Position numbers and translations under genes: made by a program. Below the pieces are notes generated by a model. The model made no database searches. It had not been told where the DNA came from and saw only the letters and a program-made list of their open reading frames with translations. Of a stretch of DNA of 64,000 nucleotides, positions 62,375 to 64,000 are shown piece after piece (position 1 is the stretch's first letter; every line of letters starts with the position of its first letter). Source of the stretch: Camelus ferus (taxonomy: Eukaryota); assembly GCF_009834535.1 (NCBI RefSeq), contig NC_045697.1:94490001-94554000 (forward strand). Reading direction: 5' to 3'.

Positions 62375-62590
62375 TATTTCATTTAGGAAATATTTTCCAA
62401 GCACCTATTAGTTGTCAGGCACTTGTAAGTGTAGAGAACAGAATGGTGAACAAAACCAGAGAAGAATTCTGCACTCACTGAGCATATAATCTAGTCAGCA
62501 AAAGCACTACTAACAGAGAGATAAATAAACAAGTCATAGTTCAGAGGTCATAGGCCTTATGAAGAAAATAATGCAGAAAATAAGTGATGC
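62375..62590 (-). mobile_element. L2 LINE 3' end
   Basis: 'tcatttaggaaatattttccaagcacctattagttgtcaggcact...ctgcactcactgagcatataatctagtc'. Confidence 0.7.
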
Positions 62591-64000
62591 AACATGTGTG
62601 GTGTGTGTGGAGGGGAATCTCAGATGGATGTTATTATTAATATTGTTATTCATGTTTATCTATCATTGAAAAGTGGGGTGGGTATCCAAATCCTGTAAAC
62701 TTAGGTGAATAACTGCATAATTATTATTATGCATATTATGTGTATTATGCATAATCACAGATCATCATATACATAACTCCCCACCCGGTTTCCAATAGTC
62801 ATCTGCTATTTATTTACTGAGTGCCTTCCATCTGTTGATAAGGGTCTTCTCCCACCTACATTAAATGCGTCTAACACTCTCAACTATTAGAGCTAAATAT
62901 TAGGCCCTATTAGAGCTTGTCTTGTTTGCCTTTCCCCTCCCCATTGAGTACTCTAGTCACAGGAATCAGTCTCCGCCTTCAAGTCATTTTCAATAACTCT
63001 TTCCCTTGTTCCAATTTTTTGAAATTATAATATCTGAAGAGCTAAAGAATGAGACATAGTATTAGGGGTCAGGGCAGGGGCCATGGGAAACTGAAAGACT
63101 GCCTAAAATTCAGCATGCAGTCAGTAGAAGGATGGCTATTCAGTTTTCTGCTTGGTTGAGATTTTGTTTCTGATCCAGGGATTAGAGAAAGAGGGAAGGA
63201 ATAAAGGTCTTTCTATCTTCTTTCTGGCAGGCTGGCACACGAGCAGCATCATACTGATTGTATATTTAATCCACTCCCCTTGGCCTTGTACTTAATGGAA
63301 ATTCCTCTCCTATTCTGACAATAAGTTGACAGTGAGTCCCAGTTCACAGTGTTGTGCAATTTCATCTTTTTAAGTCTCTTCCTAACTACTTTAGTGAAAA
63401 GGTGGAGGAAGCTGTTTCAAGGACTGCTAGCCAGATGACATTTGAAACTGGAAATGAAAGTATAGGTTTTTGAGTTTCCAATATATCTGTGTATTCTGTA
63501 TAAGAAATAATTTGTCCCACAACAAAGTGGATGTGCTACAATCTGACCTCATTAAAAAAAAGCTGAAGTATTAAAGCTAAATAAATAGGACATGTATTTG
63601 CTAAATTTCCAATGAGATCTCCATTGTTTTTTTCTTTCTTTAACCTGTGTATCATTTATAAACTTTTCTAATGCACTCTTCAAGTCAATTACCATGACAG
63701 GTACAAGTTACTGAATAAAAGAGAAGTTATTTAACACCTTTAGTATGGCTGTATTTTTCCAGGATAGAATTGGATCTCTTTTTAAATTAAAATGTAAAAA
63801 TTATACACAAACCACTTATCTTGTTTCCTATGCTTACAAAGACCAGTTCTTGAAATGCTTTTAATTCAGTTAAGATATTAATAAATATTAATGGAGAATC
63901 AGCTGTTTTTTTTCTGCACTGTTCCAGGCACTGCACTCAGGAGTAAATAAAACAGACAAATACTGCCCACAAGGAACTTCCGCGTTCCATTTTCTGTGTC

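Overview
AT-rich, CpG-depleted mammalian genomic DNA, most likely camelid. The taxon call is an inference from a tRNA-derived Vic-1-type SINE at 22258-22383 and the style of the young L1 3' ends. I find no protein-coding gene, RNA gene or CRISPR array I can support, so the window looks like intergenic DNA or a large intron. Almost every ORF in the track is chance or a decayed transposon fragment (L1 ORF1/ORF2, Tigger1 transposase). The window is a mosaic of L1, L2, MIR, DNA transposons and ERV/MaLR LTRs. The most notable region is a ~5.7 kb nest of elements at 43.2-48.9 kb. It holds a truncated class III (ERV-L/ERV-S-like) provirus with a tRNA-Ser primer-binding site and a protease remnant. 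It also holds a Tigger1 interrupted by a 432-bp solo LTR, the only CpG island in the window, which carries three NRF1-like motifs at 26-bp spacing, CCAAT boxes and (GGC)8. Other clear structures are a young 5'-inverted L1 with an 18-bp target-site duplication (TSD) and a large internal deletion, a perfect 67-bp tandem duplication built around overlapping palindromes, and a few unexplained unique segments. Repeat family names come from recalled consensus motifs, not database searches, and boundaries of old elements are approximate. I did not find a clearly novel multi-gene system.
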